A stretch of 64,000 bases of DNA from Thraustochytrium aureum (GCA_012862495.1 BLSG01000137.1:13794-77793); one strand, 5' to 3'; positions 12,300 through 23,905 are shown, counted from the stretch's first letter. Notes: a model not told the origin generated them from the letters alone. Made by a program: numbers and translations.

Positions 12300-15200
12300 A
12301 TGGAACTCAAGGCAGAGCAGTCAGCGCCCAACGGGTGGCTGCGCATCCTTTGGGACTTTCTGCCCTACCCTTTCCGAGCCGCCGATGGGGCTGTCGAAGA
12401 CGACTGCGCGTGCCAGGTCAACGGGCGGGACCCGTTTTATGAAGGCGACGTGGAAGCCGGACCTGACGCCCCCGACGGCTTGTATGGCAGGCACAACCCG
12501 GTTCTGGGCGCAGAGCATATTGATTGGATCGACAAGGGCGAATTTCTTTACAACCCGGCCCTGGTTGAGCAGCTCAATAGGCTTGGAAGGCGGCTCGGCA
12601 ACATCGACAACTACGTGAAAAAGGGCACGCCAAGCAAAGAATGCGCGGGCCGCTCAATCGAGGGCCGTCTCCACAAGAACCTGTACGCCGACCTCGGCGA
12701 CTACCTTGCGATGCTGCGCCTTTTCGAAATCCATGTTGTACGCCTCCAAAACGAACACGGCGAGATCCACAAAGAAATCGTTCGCCGATCTCGTGAAGGA
12801 AATGAGTGGAAACAAGCCCAACTGCTCGCCAAGCCGCCGAAAATCGAGCTCCCGCCTGCGCTCTCGCGTGCGCTCAGACTCCAAAAGTCGGTCGAGTTTC
12901 TTGACACGCTCCTCAACATGCTTGACGACCTTTCCGACGTATGGTTCATTTGGTTTTCCCTGTTCCCAATCCGAAACCAATCGGAAATGGCATGCACGCT
13001 CTTCAACGTTGCCGTGGGGGCAGCCGTGGCCGCGCTCGCTCTGCGGCTTCTGGTTGCGCTCAGCTTGGTTGGCCAAATCAAAAGCAAAAAACGGCGCCAG
13101 TACATCCTCGGCCTTGTCTGGTCAGCGGTTGACCCTAGCAATGGGTTTTCGCAGATTATCGGCGCTCACGTACACCGCGAGAGGCTCTCCCAAACCCTCA
13201 TCGGCGATTCGTCAATCGCTTCGTTCGAAGACCCCATTGTAACGCATTATTCTCGCGGATACGACAAGGCGCGAATCGCAGTCGCAAATTTTGTTCTTGT
13301 TTGCCTCAAGGACATTCCCGAGCTCGTCGTGCAGATCCTTTTCATTGGGTACGTGAGCGGCAGCGTCCAGGACCTGATGGACCCCTTCGTCATTCTCGCA
13401 ATCGTCACGACAGCGCTCCGCCTCTTTCGCCTCTTGGTCGAGGCGCTGTTCGGGTACCGTCATGTCCCGTCAATGCGCAATACGATCCGACTTCGCCAGC
13501 TCGTCTTCGACTCAAAGAGTGAACAAAAGCCCAAGTCGTTTGGTCGACTCGAACGCAGAGCTGCAGTGCGAGGGAACGAGTGGGCAATCACCAGCTGGCT
13601 TCGGAGGCTTTGGCCATCGTCGGATCAGGACGAGCGCATAACTCGAGCAATACTGGCCCTCGACCGGCGCGAAGGATACTCGGTCGCTGGTCGGCTGAAC
13701 AGTTTCTTGCAGTTTGTCGCAAGAAAACGGGCGCAACAAGCAGCGAACGCAAGCAAGTGGCGCGGTTTTTTCTCTGGCAGGTCCTCAGCTGGTCGTGAAA
13801 CGTCAAAAAGGTTCCAAGACCTTCTGGAGAGCGCACTGCTCGAAAAGGGCGAGTTCTTCAAGCTTCATCACTCCAACGACAACACCTGGGTGCGCCGCAA
13901 TCTGCCCGAGCACCTGTTTGGCCCTGCGGACTTTGCCTACACCGTGCTTACTCGCCTCTCACAGCAGTTTCTACAAGTTTCGAAAGCGCTTTCCGATGGG
14001 TATTTCAGCCGGCGTGGGATGAGCGTCGAAACTGCACTTTTAAGCGTCCGGATTGTCGAGGTGACCAACTGTAGGTCTGTGGACGACGAGGCGATTAAAA
14101 TCCTCGTGACGCACTGCCCCAACCTCCGAAAACTCGAGCTAGGCCATTCGAACATCACCAAACAGGCCATCGAAGACCTCCACAAAGCTGGATGCTTCGG
14201 GATCGAGGAGATCTCTCTCGACTCGTGCAAGGATATCGACGACGATGCACTTGGTTGCCTTGCAAATGCTGCGGCCCAAACCTGCGACGCCTCTCACTGC
14301 GCAACCTACCAAAGGTCACGGATGAGGGTCTTCGAAAGTTGGCTAAATTTTGCCGCAACCTGCAAGAGCTACACTTGGAGCGTGATGCGCGAGTACTTTC
14401 ACCAAATCACGCGCAGGAGGGCGGACGAAGATTCTCAGGATGAGGCAGCGAAAGACTTGCAAGACGATGTGCCAGAACCCATGCAAATCACTCAGAAGGG
14501 GATCGCGGAGGTCGTGAAGCGCAGCGCAGGATCCTTGTTGCGCCTTGGACTAGGGCCCCTCACCCTCAAACGCGACAACAATCTCCGAAAGGCCATCAAT
14601 GACTGCGCGATGTTACGCGAATTGACAGTCTTAGGAGAAAGAACAGAAGAGGACGGGGGCTCCTTTGTACAAACCGTGGCAGAGCACTGCCGTCACCTCC
14701 GTGTGCTTCGAGTGGCGGCGTTGCGCGTTACCGAAACTAGCATCAAACGCGTTGCCGAATGCTCGGGGGCACTGCGCGTCCTGGACGTCCCGAAGGGAGC
14801 TGTTTCCTCCACACAGTTCGAGAATATGTGGAGCACACTGCGATCGCTCGAGCATGTGGCATTCTTCCGAGCCAAAGACCTGGTCGTCTTCTACGCCAAA
14901 CAATTCCAGCTGCAAGTTGAGCTCTGTAAGTCAAGCGACTCCACCCTGGCGAACAAAAAGGCTACCGAGCTTGGTGTGGCGAGTCCCGCTGCGGTTTCCG
15001 CACGTGAACGCGCACTTAAAATTGCTGAGGCCATTCACAGCGGGGCCACTCCAATACCTGCCGAGAACGAAAACGCTCAAATGGAACTTCTTGACGTGCT
15101 TGTGGACCTGACAGATTCGTTTCGTCGGGAGTACTATCGTATCCGCATCGATCACGAGCAGTGGAGCTACTCGCTCGCAGAATGCAAGGAGTGGAAAGCC

Positions 15201-15594
15201 TCGCGTTCAGAAGTGGATACGAGTCTTCGTGCTCGCGACGCAGCCCATCGAGAAGATCTGTGTTCGCGTCTACGCGCTTGGCCTTCAAAGCCCCCTCAAG
15301 CAGCAGAGGAGAGACCGTTTCCACATTTTCGGCTCAAACCGTTTGGGGTTATGCCAACGCGGCGAATCAGTGTGTTCGTCGACCGGAATAAGCACAAGTA
15401 TAGAATCTTGGAGAGACACTCCAAAGGAGGGCAAATCTCTCAGCTCGCCCCAATACCAGAGAGGGACGGCCTGCTGGCCTCGCAATACCTCGGCATCCCG
15501 CCAAAGGCCAGATACTACTGCTTTGCTTACCCTGCAAAGTCGCCTGCTGAGCAGGTGTCGTTCACCGACAACCTCGACTTCGATTGCGCGGTGG
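12300..15594 (+). CDS. Multi-TM + leucine-rich-repeat protein, paralog B (compensated frameshift ~14265-14385; 3' end in gap)
   Basis: Shares WIDKGxFxYNPALVEQLNRLGRRLGNIDNYV, HRERLSQxLIG, KDIPELVVQ, HCPNLRKLEL, SLEHVAFFRA and YLGIPPxARYYCFAYPAKSP with paralog A; ORF 14192 supplies the out-of-frame CCGPNLRRLSLRNLP repeat. Confidence 0.82.
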
Positions 15595-16249
15595 ANNNNN
15601 NNNNNNNNNNNNNNNNNNNNNNNNNNNNNNNNNNNNNNNNNNNNNNNNNNNNNNNNNNNNNNNNNNNNNNNNNNNNNNNNNNNNNNNNNNNNNNNNNNNN
15701 NNNNNNNNNNNNNNNNNNNNNNNNNNNNNNNNNNNNNNNNNNNNNNNNNNNNNNNNNNNNNNNNNNNNNNNNNNNNNNNNNNNNNNNNNNNNNNNNNNNN
15801 NNNNNNNNNNNNNNNNNNNNNNNNNNNNNNNNNNNNNNNNNNNNNNNNNNNNNNNNNNNNNNNNNNNNNNNNNNNNNNNNNNNNNNNNNNNNNNNNNNNN
15901 NNNNNNNNNNNNNNNNNNNNNNNNNNNNNNNNNNNNNNNNNNNNNNNNNNNNNNNNNNNNNNNNNNNNNNNNNNNNNNNNNNNNNNNNNNNNNNNNNNNN
16001 NNNNNNNNNNNNNNNNNNNNNNNNNNNNNNNNATGAGGCGCACAGCACCGATGGGGGCTGGGAAACGCATGAGCCAGTCCAGATCGGCGGGCTCCGCGGG
16101 CGCTGCCGATGCTCGCCGATAAATCGCGCCGTGCGCCTTGTGAGTCAGCGCGACTCTCTTGTTCGTTCGGTGCTGAAAGTGCCCTGCACACTCCGAGTTG
16201 GAACACCTCGTCGCGGCGCAGATCGAGACGGGGCGCGTCGGCTGCCCGA

Positions 16250-16345
16250 TCGGCTGGCTAGCTGGCTGGCTGACGGTAGAGTACTTACCTGGCTGCCTGG
16301 CTGCCTGGCTTGAGCGTCTGGCTGCCTGGCTTGAGCGTCTGGCCG
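16250..16345. repeat. (TGGC)/(CTGG) microsatellite and short tandem duplication CTGGCTGCCTGGCTTGAGCGT
   Basis: Seen directly in the sequence upstream of the 16500 ATG. Confidence 0.7.
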
Positions 16346-16499
16346 GCCTGAACGAGCCGACAAAGCTGCATTGCGCCCGCCAGAGTCGCTGGTGGTTTGG
16401 ACAAGTGAGTGCTCGCGACGCCGCACCGGAAACAGCGACGAAAAGAAAGAGCGCGGGGCAGGGTGCGCACTGGCGGGCGAGCCAGGGCGAGCCGGGACG

Positions 16500-17187
16500 A
16501 TGAGCTTGCTCAACCCGTTCACCATCAAGCAGAAACTTTTGGGCGGCGGCGAAGACCTCTCGCCAGAGGTCAAGGAGCAGAGGAGCGCTCTGCCGCGGCT
16601 CAAACAAAGCCTCGAGCGATGCATCGCAGCCATAGACGCCTGGACCAAGCTCGTAGAGCGAATGGACCGCACCAAACTCCTGTTTCAGAACACGCTGCCC
16701 GCGCAACTGCAGTTTGCCGGCGCCTCCTTGCACGGGGAGCAGGACGACGCCACGGTCGTTGCAGAGCTGGCCGCCGCGCGCTCGAGCCTACAAAACAAGA
16801 TCCGGTCGATCGACGCGCTGGAGAAGCGCTGCGAAGAGCTCGACGCGCGGCTCCTCGTGAAAAACAGGGCTGATCGAAAACTGGACGAAGTACAGCGCAA
16901 GCGGTCGAGTCCCAGCGCCATCTCAAAGTACACCACGGAGGCGGAGAATGCGCGGTGGAAATACAACGACGTTCTGGCTAACGTGGCCGCCACGCTCGAT
17001 TTTTACGTCTCCGAGGCAGGGGGCGCAAGCGGGCTTGGCCTCGCTTCGCCCGAGATGGCGCTCCTGCAGCGCTGCCAGGTGGCCATGTTCCAGTCTTGCG
17101 CTGCGGTGGGGCTTGCCAATCTGAGCCGCTTCGAAGGCGGCATGATCCTGCCCAGCGACCTATGGCGCGATTTCGAGGCCCGCCGTG
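16500..17187 (+). CDS. Coiled-coil, BAR-like helical protein, N-terminal part (3' in gap)
   Basis: MSLLNPFTIKQKLLGG... followed by three long amphipathic helices over ~220 aa (KIRSIDALEKRCEELDARLL...ARWKYNDV), a BAR-like size and pattern; not a confirmed family match. Confidence 0.5.
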
Positions 17188-18061
17188 NNNNNNNNNNNNN
17201 NNNNNNNNNNNNNNNNNNNNNNNNNNNNNNNNNNNNNNNNNNNNNNNNNNNNNNNNNNNNNNNNNNNNNNNNNNNNNNNNNNNNNNNNNNNNNNNNNNNN
17301 NNNNNNNNNNNNNNNNNNNNNNNNNNNNNNNNNNNNNNNNNNNNNNNNNNNNNNNNNNNNNNNNNNNNNNNNNNNNNNNNNNNNNNNNNNNNNNNNNNNN
17401 NNNNNNNNNNNNNNNNNNNNNNNNNNNNNNNNNNNNNNNNNNNNNNNNNNNNNNNNNNNNNNNNNNNNNNNNNNNNNNNNNNNNNNNNNNNNNNNNNNNN
17501 NNNNNNNNNNNNNNNNNNNNNNNNNNNNNNNNNNNNNNNNNNNNNNNNNNNNNNNNNNNNNNNNNNNNNNNNNNNNNNNNNNNNNNNNNNNNNNNNNNNN
17601 NNNNNNNNNNNNNNNNNNNNNNNNNNNNNNNNNNNNNNNNNNNNNNNNNNNNNNNNNNNNNNNNNNNNNNNNNNNNNNNNNNNNNNNNNNNNNNNNNNNN
17701 NNNNNNNNNNNNNNNNNNNNNNNNNNNNNNNNNNNNNNNNNNNNNNNNNNNNNNNNNNNNNNNNNNNNNNNNNNNNNNNNNNNNNNNNNNNNNNNNNNNN
17801 NNNNNNNNNNNNNNNNNNNNNNNNNNNNNNNNNNNNNNNNNNNNNNNNNNNNNNNNNNNNNNNNNNNNNNNNNNNNNNNNNNNNNNNNNNNNNNNNNNNN
17901 NNNNNNNNNNNNNNNNNNNNNNNNNNNNNNNNNNNNNNNNNNNNNNNNNNNNNNNNNNNNNNNNNNNNNNNNNNNNNNNNNNNNNNNNNNNNNNNNNNNN
18001 NNNNNNNNNNNNNNNNNNNNNNNNNNNNNNNNNNNNNNNNNNNNNNNNNNNNNNNNNNNNN

Positions 18062-19396
18062 GCTGGCGCTGACGAAAGACGGCAAGTGCCGCTGCTGCAG
18101 CGATCGAAGAGCTATTATGGGGACGAGCTCGGCGTGGCCGCCGTGGCAACGCCCCCACAGCGGAGGGCCGGGCACGCCCGCGGCGGGCCCATAGACGCGC
18201 CGTTAGGGGCAGCCTCAGAACGCAAACCCCAGCCCGAGCGGACCCGGCCGCCACCCCGCGCGGCTCTGACAAGGACGAAAAGCTGCACGCAGTTCCAGGC
18301 TGCTCGCGTTGCACCACTGACAGCTTTTCCGCAGTCCCTCGTGAGCGTTGGGCACGCGCAGGCCGTACCAGTTCGCTTGCAAACAAGCGCTGGGTTGGAG
18401 CACCTCTTCAGGGAGCTGCAGATCGACTTGAACGACACTGCTGTAATCTTCGATTTCGACAATGTCCTGACCAACGAGCCCGTGCATCCACCCCCAGCCG
18501 CGAGGCGGCGAGCAACAGCACCGCAGGTCTCTCCAGCTTTGCAAATTGAAACTGAACTCGCGGCTCAGCGAAGCCACGCCCGCAGAGCGTCGCAGCAAAG
18601 CCCCGTTTGTTCCAGCACGGGAAATTCTTGCGAGGCCACACCTGGCGCACGCGAAGCGTTCCTGGATGCTCCAGCCCCAGATCCCCGCTCGGCTTCGCAG
18701 CAAGCCAGCGCGGCGGCCTTAGCGGGGGGAGCTGATGTCGCGCAACTCGTTCGTGGGGGTGCCGCAAGCCTCAGAGTGATCCGAGCTCTGCATCGCGCCG
18801 GTGTTCCGATGTTCATCGCAACTGCGCGCAGGCAAGACGAATACCTCCGCGACCTGCACCGCCTGCTCGAAGAGCGCTCCGAGGTCGGTCTGTACAGCTG
18901 CTTTGTTGCGGAAGACTGTCACAGCGGCCCTGGTGAGCCCAAACTTGTGGAGATCGAGCAGGTCAGGAACGAGGCGCTTGGAGTAAACATCAAGCGCATC
19001 AAGGGCACAACCGTGTTTAGCGCAGGGTACGAGAAGGGCAAGCTCGTCGCTCACATTGCAGCGCAAGAACTGCGCGGGTCGCGATCCAAGATCGTCTTTG
19101 TCGACGACAACGTTTTCAACGCCTACTTCGTCCTCCAAGAGACGCCTCAGTTTGTGCACCAGCAGCTCCCAAACCTCGCTTGCCAAGTCATCTCTTCCTG
19201 GTGGGACCCGAGCGAGGAGCAGAGCCGCGGTCTCATGCGCGTCTCGCGCGACAGTGACTTTAGCTACACGAAGGCATACCAGCCGTGCCTCTCTGCATTT
19301 GGCGTCGATGAGAAGGAGCGAGTTCGCACAGCTGGCATCCTCTTCGCCAAGCTCATGCTGCGAGGCGACCCGCAGGACGCATCTGCCGTGCTGTGA
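18062..19396 (+). CDS. HAD-superfamily hydrolase domain protein (5' in gap; possibly the same gene as 16500)
   Basis: Motif I VIFDFDNVLT, motif II FIATAR, motif III YEKG and motif IV IVFVDDN in the correct order. Confidence 0.75.
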   Translation, partial: AGADERRQVPLLQRSKSYYGDELGVAAVATPPQRRAGHARGGPIDAPLGAASERKPQPERTRPPPRAALTRTKSCTQFQAARVAPLTAFPQSLVSVGHAQAVPVRLQTSAGLEHLFRELQIDLNDTAVIFDFDNVLTNEPVHPPPAARRRATAPQVSPALQIETELAAQRSHARRASQQSPVCSSTGNSCEATPGAREAFLDAPAPDPRSASQQASAAALAGGADVAQLVRGGAASLRVIRALHRAGVPMFIATARRQDEYLRDLHRLLEERSEVGLYSCFVAEDCHSGPGEPKLVEIEQVRNEALGVNIKRIKGTTVFSAGYEKGKLVAHIAAQELRGSRSKIVFVDDNVFNAYFVLQETPQFVHQQLPNLACQVISSWWDPSEEQSRGLMRVSRDSDFSYTKAYQPCLSAFGVDEKERVRTAGILFAKLMLRGDPQDASAVL

Positions 19397-19466
19397 ACCG
19401 CGCCAGCGCTCATGCTGCGAGGCGACCCGCAGGACGCAACCGCATCTGCCGTCTTGTGAACCGCGC
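19351..19466. repeat. Imperfect ~55-bp tandem duplication covering the HAD stop codon
   Basis: GCTCATGCTGCGAGGCGACCCGCAGGACGCA...GTGAACCGCGC starts at 19351 and again at 19408. Confidence 0.85.
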
Positions 19467-19699
19467 ATGCTCCCTCGCGCAACTGTGAGCTGACCTAAAA
19501 ACACTGTCTCTGATGCATTCTGATTTGCTATGCCAAAAGTTGAACCCGGAACCACACCCCGCGGTCGTGGAGCGGGGCCTCATCGCCAAGTACCGTAGAA
19601 GAAGAAGAAGGAAGACGCAATCGCGAACGTGCCTTTCTGAGAAACAACAAGCCCAGAGCTCGCTCGCTGGCAGCGACGCGGCGTTCTCGCCGCCACGCG

Positions 19700-21765
19700 T
19701 TACGGTGCAAGGGAGTTTGGTATCCCGAGTCGGCTGACCTGCGCCGCGAACTTCCGCATTTGGATGAGACGCATCCCCATACCCTCGAGGTCGGAGGGCT
19801 GCAAGTGCTCCAGATCGGCAAGCTCCTCTACGCCGAGGTCGCGCAAAGCATCCTTGTAGCTTTCAANNNNNNNNNNNNNNNNNNNNNNNNNNNNNNNNNN
19901 NNNNNNNNNNNNNNNNNNNNNNNNNNNNNNNNNNNNNNNNNNNNNNNNNNNNNNNNNNNNNNNNNNNNNNNNNNNNNNNNNNNNNNNNNNNNNNNNNNNN
20001 NNNNNNNNNNNNNNNNNNNNNNNNNNNNNNNNNNNNNNNNNNNNNNNNNNNNNNNNNNNNNNNNNNNNNNNNNNNNNNNNNNNNNNNNNNNNNNNNNNNN
20101 NNNNNNNNNNNNNNNNNNNNNNNNNNNNNNNNNNNNNNNNNNNNNNNNNNNNNNNNNNNNNNNNNNNNNNNNNNNNNNNNNNNNNNNNNNNNNNNNNNNN
20201 NNNNNNNNNNNNNNNNNNNNNNNNNNNNNNTCCTTGTAGCTTTCAAAGCCGATCTCGTGCAGCCATGAATCGACGCTCCCCTCCCGGCGACCGTCTCCCA
20301 CGACAGCCCCAGCCTGCGCGTTGCCGCGCAACTCCTTCCGCGACGCCGGCGCGGAATCAGCGCCAGCCCCAAACTCTGCTGAAGCTTCGTCAGATCCCGA
20401 GGCCCTCTCAGGGCTCTTTGGACGTGAGAAGGGCGGGGGCGGTGGGCTCTGCGGCCCAGCATCGCTCGAGTTGGTCGTTGCCGAGGGTGGCAACGACGAT
20501 CGCCCAGACAGCGGCTTGTCCGGCGACATGTACCCCGTCGCGCTCGCGCGTCGGGCGTACTCGCTCCTCGGGGGTAGTGGCGGCGGCTTGACGGGCGCCG
20601 AAGGAGGCCCGTTCGCACTCCGAATGGGTGCCGCAGGCGGGAGCGGGGACGTTCGCCCAACCTGGCCACGCTGCTCGGTCTGCGCCGTGGAGGCCACAAA
20701 GGCCCTCGACAGCTCGTCAAAAGTGGGGCTTTCGCCGACGTCTGACCCCGCAGTGGGCTCGTCGCTACCTGCTGAGGCTCCGCCCCCCGAGCCGGGTGCG
20801 GCCAGTGAAACCCGGTTCTGGCGTGCAGGGAAGCGAATGGACGCACGCGTGTTTCGTTTCAAGAGGTCTTCAGGGTCGACATCTGAGTTGTACCGGCGCA
20901 CCGAGGGGGGCGCTCCCTCCACACAGGCGACGTGGCCCTCGTACAAGATGTGCGTGTTTGGCGGGACGTGGTCTGACCCGCTCTCGCCAAACGCAAAGGC
21001 GGGTGAAATGCAGATAGAGAAACGGTCGCCTTGCACAAGACCCTCCAGCCCAAGGCTGAGGCCCACCGGCAAGTCCTCGTCGCCGACCGTAAAGTTGAGC
21101 GGGCCAGCGTCCTTTGAGCTCGCATACGAGACTGCCAAAAAGTTCACACTGTCCCAGATGTAGGCCGTGTACTCGAGCGAGACGTTGTCGCCTTTCGTAA
21201 TCGCGCGACCGCCCGGCGGGCCGCGCTCTTGTACCTGCGTTGCGAAGCCGGAGTCGAGCAGCGCGTCGAACAGGTCGAGGCTCCCTAGCGTAAACTCTTT
21301 CGTCTCCTCTTCGTGGCGCCGCTTGGGTGCGCTAGTCGGCGAGAGCACTCTTGCATCCGCAAGGTGTGGGGGCGGCGCGCTGTGCATGCCCGAGAGGCGC
21401 TGCGAGACTCGCTGGTTGATATCGTGCCAAGCCTCGTGGCTGAGCAGAATTGACAGGTCGTTCGAGTATGCTTCGGCAAGGTCGATGAGCTTGTTTCGCC
21501 ACTCCTCCGACAGCGACGACTCCTCCGCGATCTGGCACTGGATGCTCTCGAGCTCGTTCCGAGCATTGCGCAACGTGTTGAGTCGCTCTGCGTCGGGGCT
21601 TTGCACGACCACGGCGCTCGGCGATTCTGTGTTGTGGGCCTCGATGATCTTTTTCACGTTTTCCAGCGAGTTCATGAGTTCGTTGATTGTAAGCGCGGCC
21701 GCGTGGCCGTCAAACTCGCTCGAAATGCGGTGCACCGCGGGCTCGCTCCCGATTCCCGACCTGCC
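19700..21765 (-). CDS. Helical region + FKBP-type PPIase domain + Pro-rich linker + C-terminal SAM domain (5' in gap)
   Basis: FKBP ~20910-21200 (KGDNVSLEYT...PLNFTVG...GLSLGLEGL...ISPAFAFG...VPPNTHILYE); SAM SVDSWLHEIGFESYKDALRDLGVEELADLEHLQPSDLEGMGMRLIQMRKF read across a false gap. Confidence 0.8.
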
Positions 21766-22931
21766 ANNNNNNNNNNNNNNNNNNNNNNNNNNNNNNNNNN
21801 NNNNNNNNNNNNNNNNNNNNNNNNNNNNNNNNNNNNNNNNNNNNNNNNNNNNNNNNNNNNNNNNNNNNNNNNNNNNNNNNNNNNNNNNNNNNNNNNNNNN
21901 NNNNNNNNNNNNNNNNNNNNNNNNNNNNNNNNNNNNNNNNNNNNNNNNNNNNNNNNNNNNNNNNNNNNNNNNNNNNNNNNNNNNNNNNNNNNNNNNNNNN
22001 NNNNNNNNNNNNNNNNNNNNNNNNNNNNNNNNNNNNNNNNNNNNNNNNNNNNNNNNNNNNNNNNNNNNNNNNNNNNNNNNNNNNNNNNNNNNNNNNNNNN
22101 NNNNNNNNNNNNNNNNNNNNNNNNNNNNNNNNNNNNNNNNNNNNNNNNNNNNNNNNNNNNNNNNNNNNNNNNNNNNNNNNNNNNNNNNNNNNNNNNNNNN
22201 NNNNNNNNNNNNNNNNNNNNNNNNNNNNNNNNNNNNNNNNNNNNNNNNNNNNNNNNNNNNNNNNNNNNNNNNNNNNNNNNNNNNNNNNNNNNNNNNNNNN
22301 NNNNNNNNNNNNNNNNNNNNNNNNNNNNNNNNNNNNNNNNNNNNNNNNNNNNNNNNNNNNNNNNNNNNNNNNNNNNNNNNNNNNNNNNNNNNNNNNNNNN
22401 NNNNNNNNNNNNNNNNNNNNNNNNNNNNNNNNNNNNNNNNNNNNNNNNNNNNNNNNNNNNNNNNNNNNNNNNNNNNNNNNNNNNNNNNNNNNNNNNNNNN
22501 NNNNNNNNNNNNNNNNNNNNNNNNNNNNNNNNNNNNNNNNNNNNNNNNNNNNNNNNNNNNNNNNNNNNNNNNNNNNNNNNNNNNNNNNNNNNNNNNNNNN
22601 NNNNNNNNNNNNNNNNNNNNNNNNNNNNNNNNNNNNNNNNNNNNNNNNNNNNNNNNNNNNNNNNNNNNNNNNNNNNNNNNNNNNNTGCGAGCCCGCCGCT
22701 GCCCACTGCCCACTGCGGTCGCGGCGCGGAGCGCCTCTTGGGGCTGCGACGAGCGAGCTGGGGACGGGAGGTGGCGCAATTCTGCCTTGGTCTGGCGCGT
22801 GCAACTCTGTCGGCTCGGCGACGAGGGTTGACCGGCTTGCTGCTCACCGCACGTGGTCACTTTCGAGCTGTTCTGGTAGCCGAGCGTGTTCTGCTGTTGG
22901 CCGAGGTCTGGCGACGTCGAGGGACGCCGAT

Positions 22932-23470
22932 ATGGAGGCGCAAGCAAGGGCGCGTCTGGAGCTGGAGCTGCTAGCGGCGCCTGTGGCGCTCGCGGCCGCA
23001 GTTGACGCACTGAACGACCTACAGGCTGATGACCTCGCCCTTCTCGTGACGCAGCTGCAGATACGAGCGCGTCGACATCGCTCGACGAACGCGTGCAGGC
23101 CCTGGCGCTGATCCTGCGTGCCGTGCGCAAGTGCGTGGCGCAGCAAGTCGAAGTGATCGAGGGCGCCCTTTTGTCGGGCACAGAACTCTCCCGGGCCGCG
23201 GCACGCGTCATTGCGGCAAAGGCCTGCTCAGCGCGTGCCCAAGCGGGCCCCGGAGCCCAGAGCCGCGAAATGCTGGTCTTTTGCGACTGGCGTATCAACC
23301 TTGCTCTCGAGTCGCACCAATGCAGCAAGCTCGACCACCCAACCGTCTCGCTGCACTTGGAAACAAGCAACTCCGTGGGCGAACTGCGATCTCACGTGTA
23401 CGAGCTCGAGGTGCACCAACTGCGCAGCCTACGCGCCTCTCTCAAGCGCGCTCTCGCTGCTCTTGGCTAG
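22932..23470 (+). CDS. COMM-domain protein (COMMD6-like C-terminus), one frameshift ~23075
   Basis: DWRINLALESHQCSKLDHPTVSLHLETSNSVGELRSHVYELEVHQLRSLRASLKRALAAL has the conserved W, P and C-terminal helix of COMM domains. Confidence 0.75.
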
Positions 23471-23905
23471 CTCTAGCTTGAACGAGCGCCGTCCGCGGCT
23501 CGGTGTCGCCGAAAACCGCGCGTCCCGGCCCCCGCTATCTGCGACTTGCGCGGCAACAACAATGGCTTCGACGACGGCTGCCCAGTGAAACACTCGGCAT
23601 CCACAAGCGCCTCGAGCGCCACCATCACAGCCCGGCCGCTGCAGCACATTGCGCGCAAAGTCAACTCTGTCTGATGCTCCACAACTGCCTGTGAGTGCAA
23701 GTCACAGCGAACAACGTGCTGCTCAGAAAGAGACCAATCGTCACAATCGTGGGACTTGTGATTCGAAAAGGAGGAGATAAATTTGCAAGTGGGACGGGCG
23801 GGCACTGCTGGCAGTGCGACATTGACGCGGCCGCAGGCCACGGCGTCCAGGCACGGACCCATTGATCCAGTACTCGCACAGACCTCGCGCGCAAAGCAGG
23901 GCGCT

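Noticed and set aside
16281..16293. TACTTACCTGG resembling the U1 snRNA 5' end
   Set aside because: Followed by microsatellite rather than U1 stem-loops or an Sm site; it is equally the reverse complement of a splice donor.
19828..23370. Very long ORF-track entries spanning N runs
   Set aside because: Frames across gaps are arbitrary. The 5' part of this ORF is antisense to the COMM gene, and the gap at 19867-20230 is an overlap artefact.
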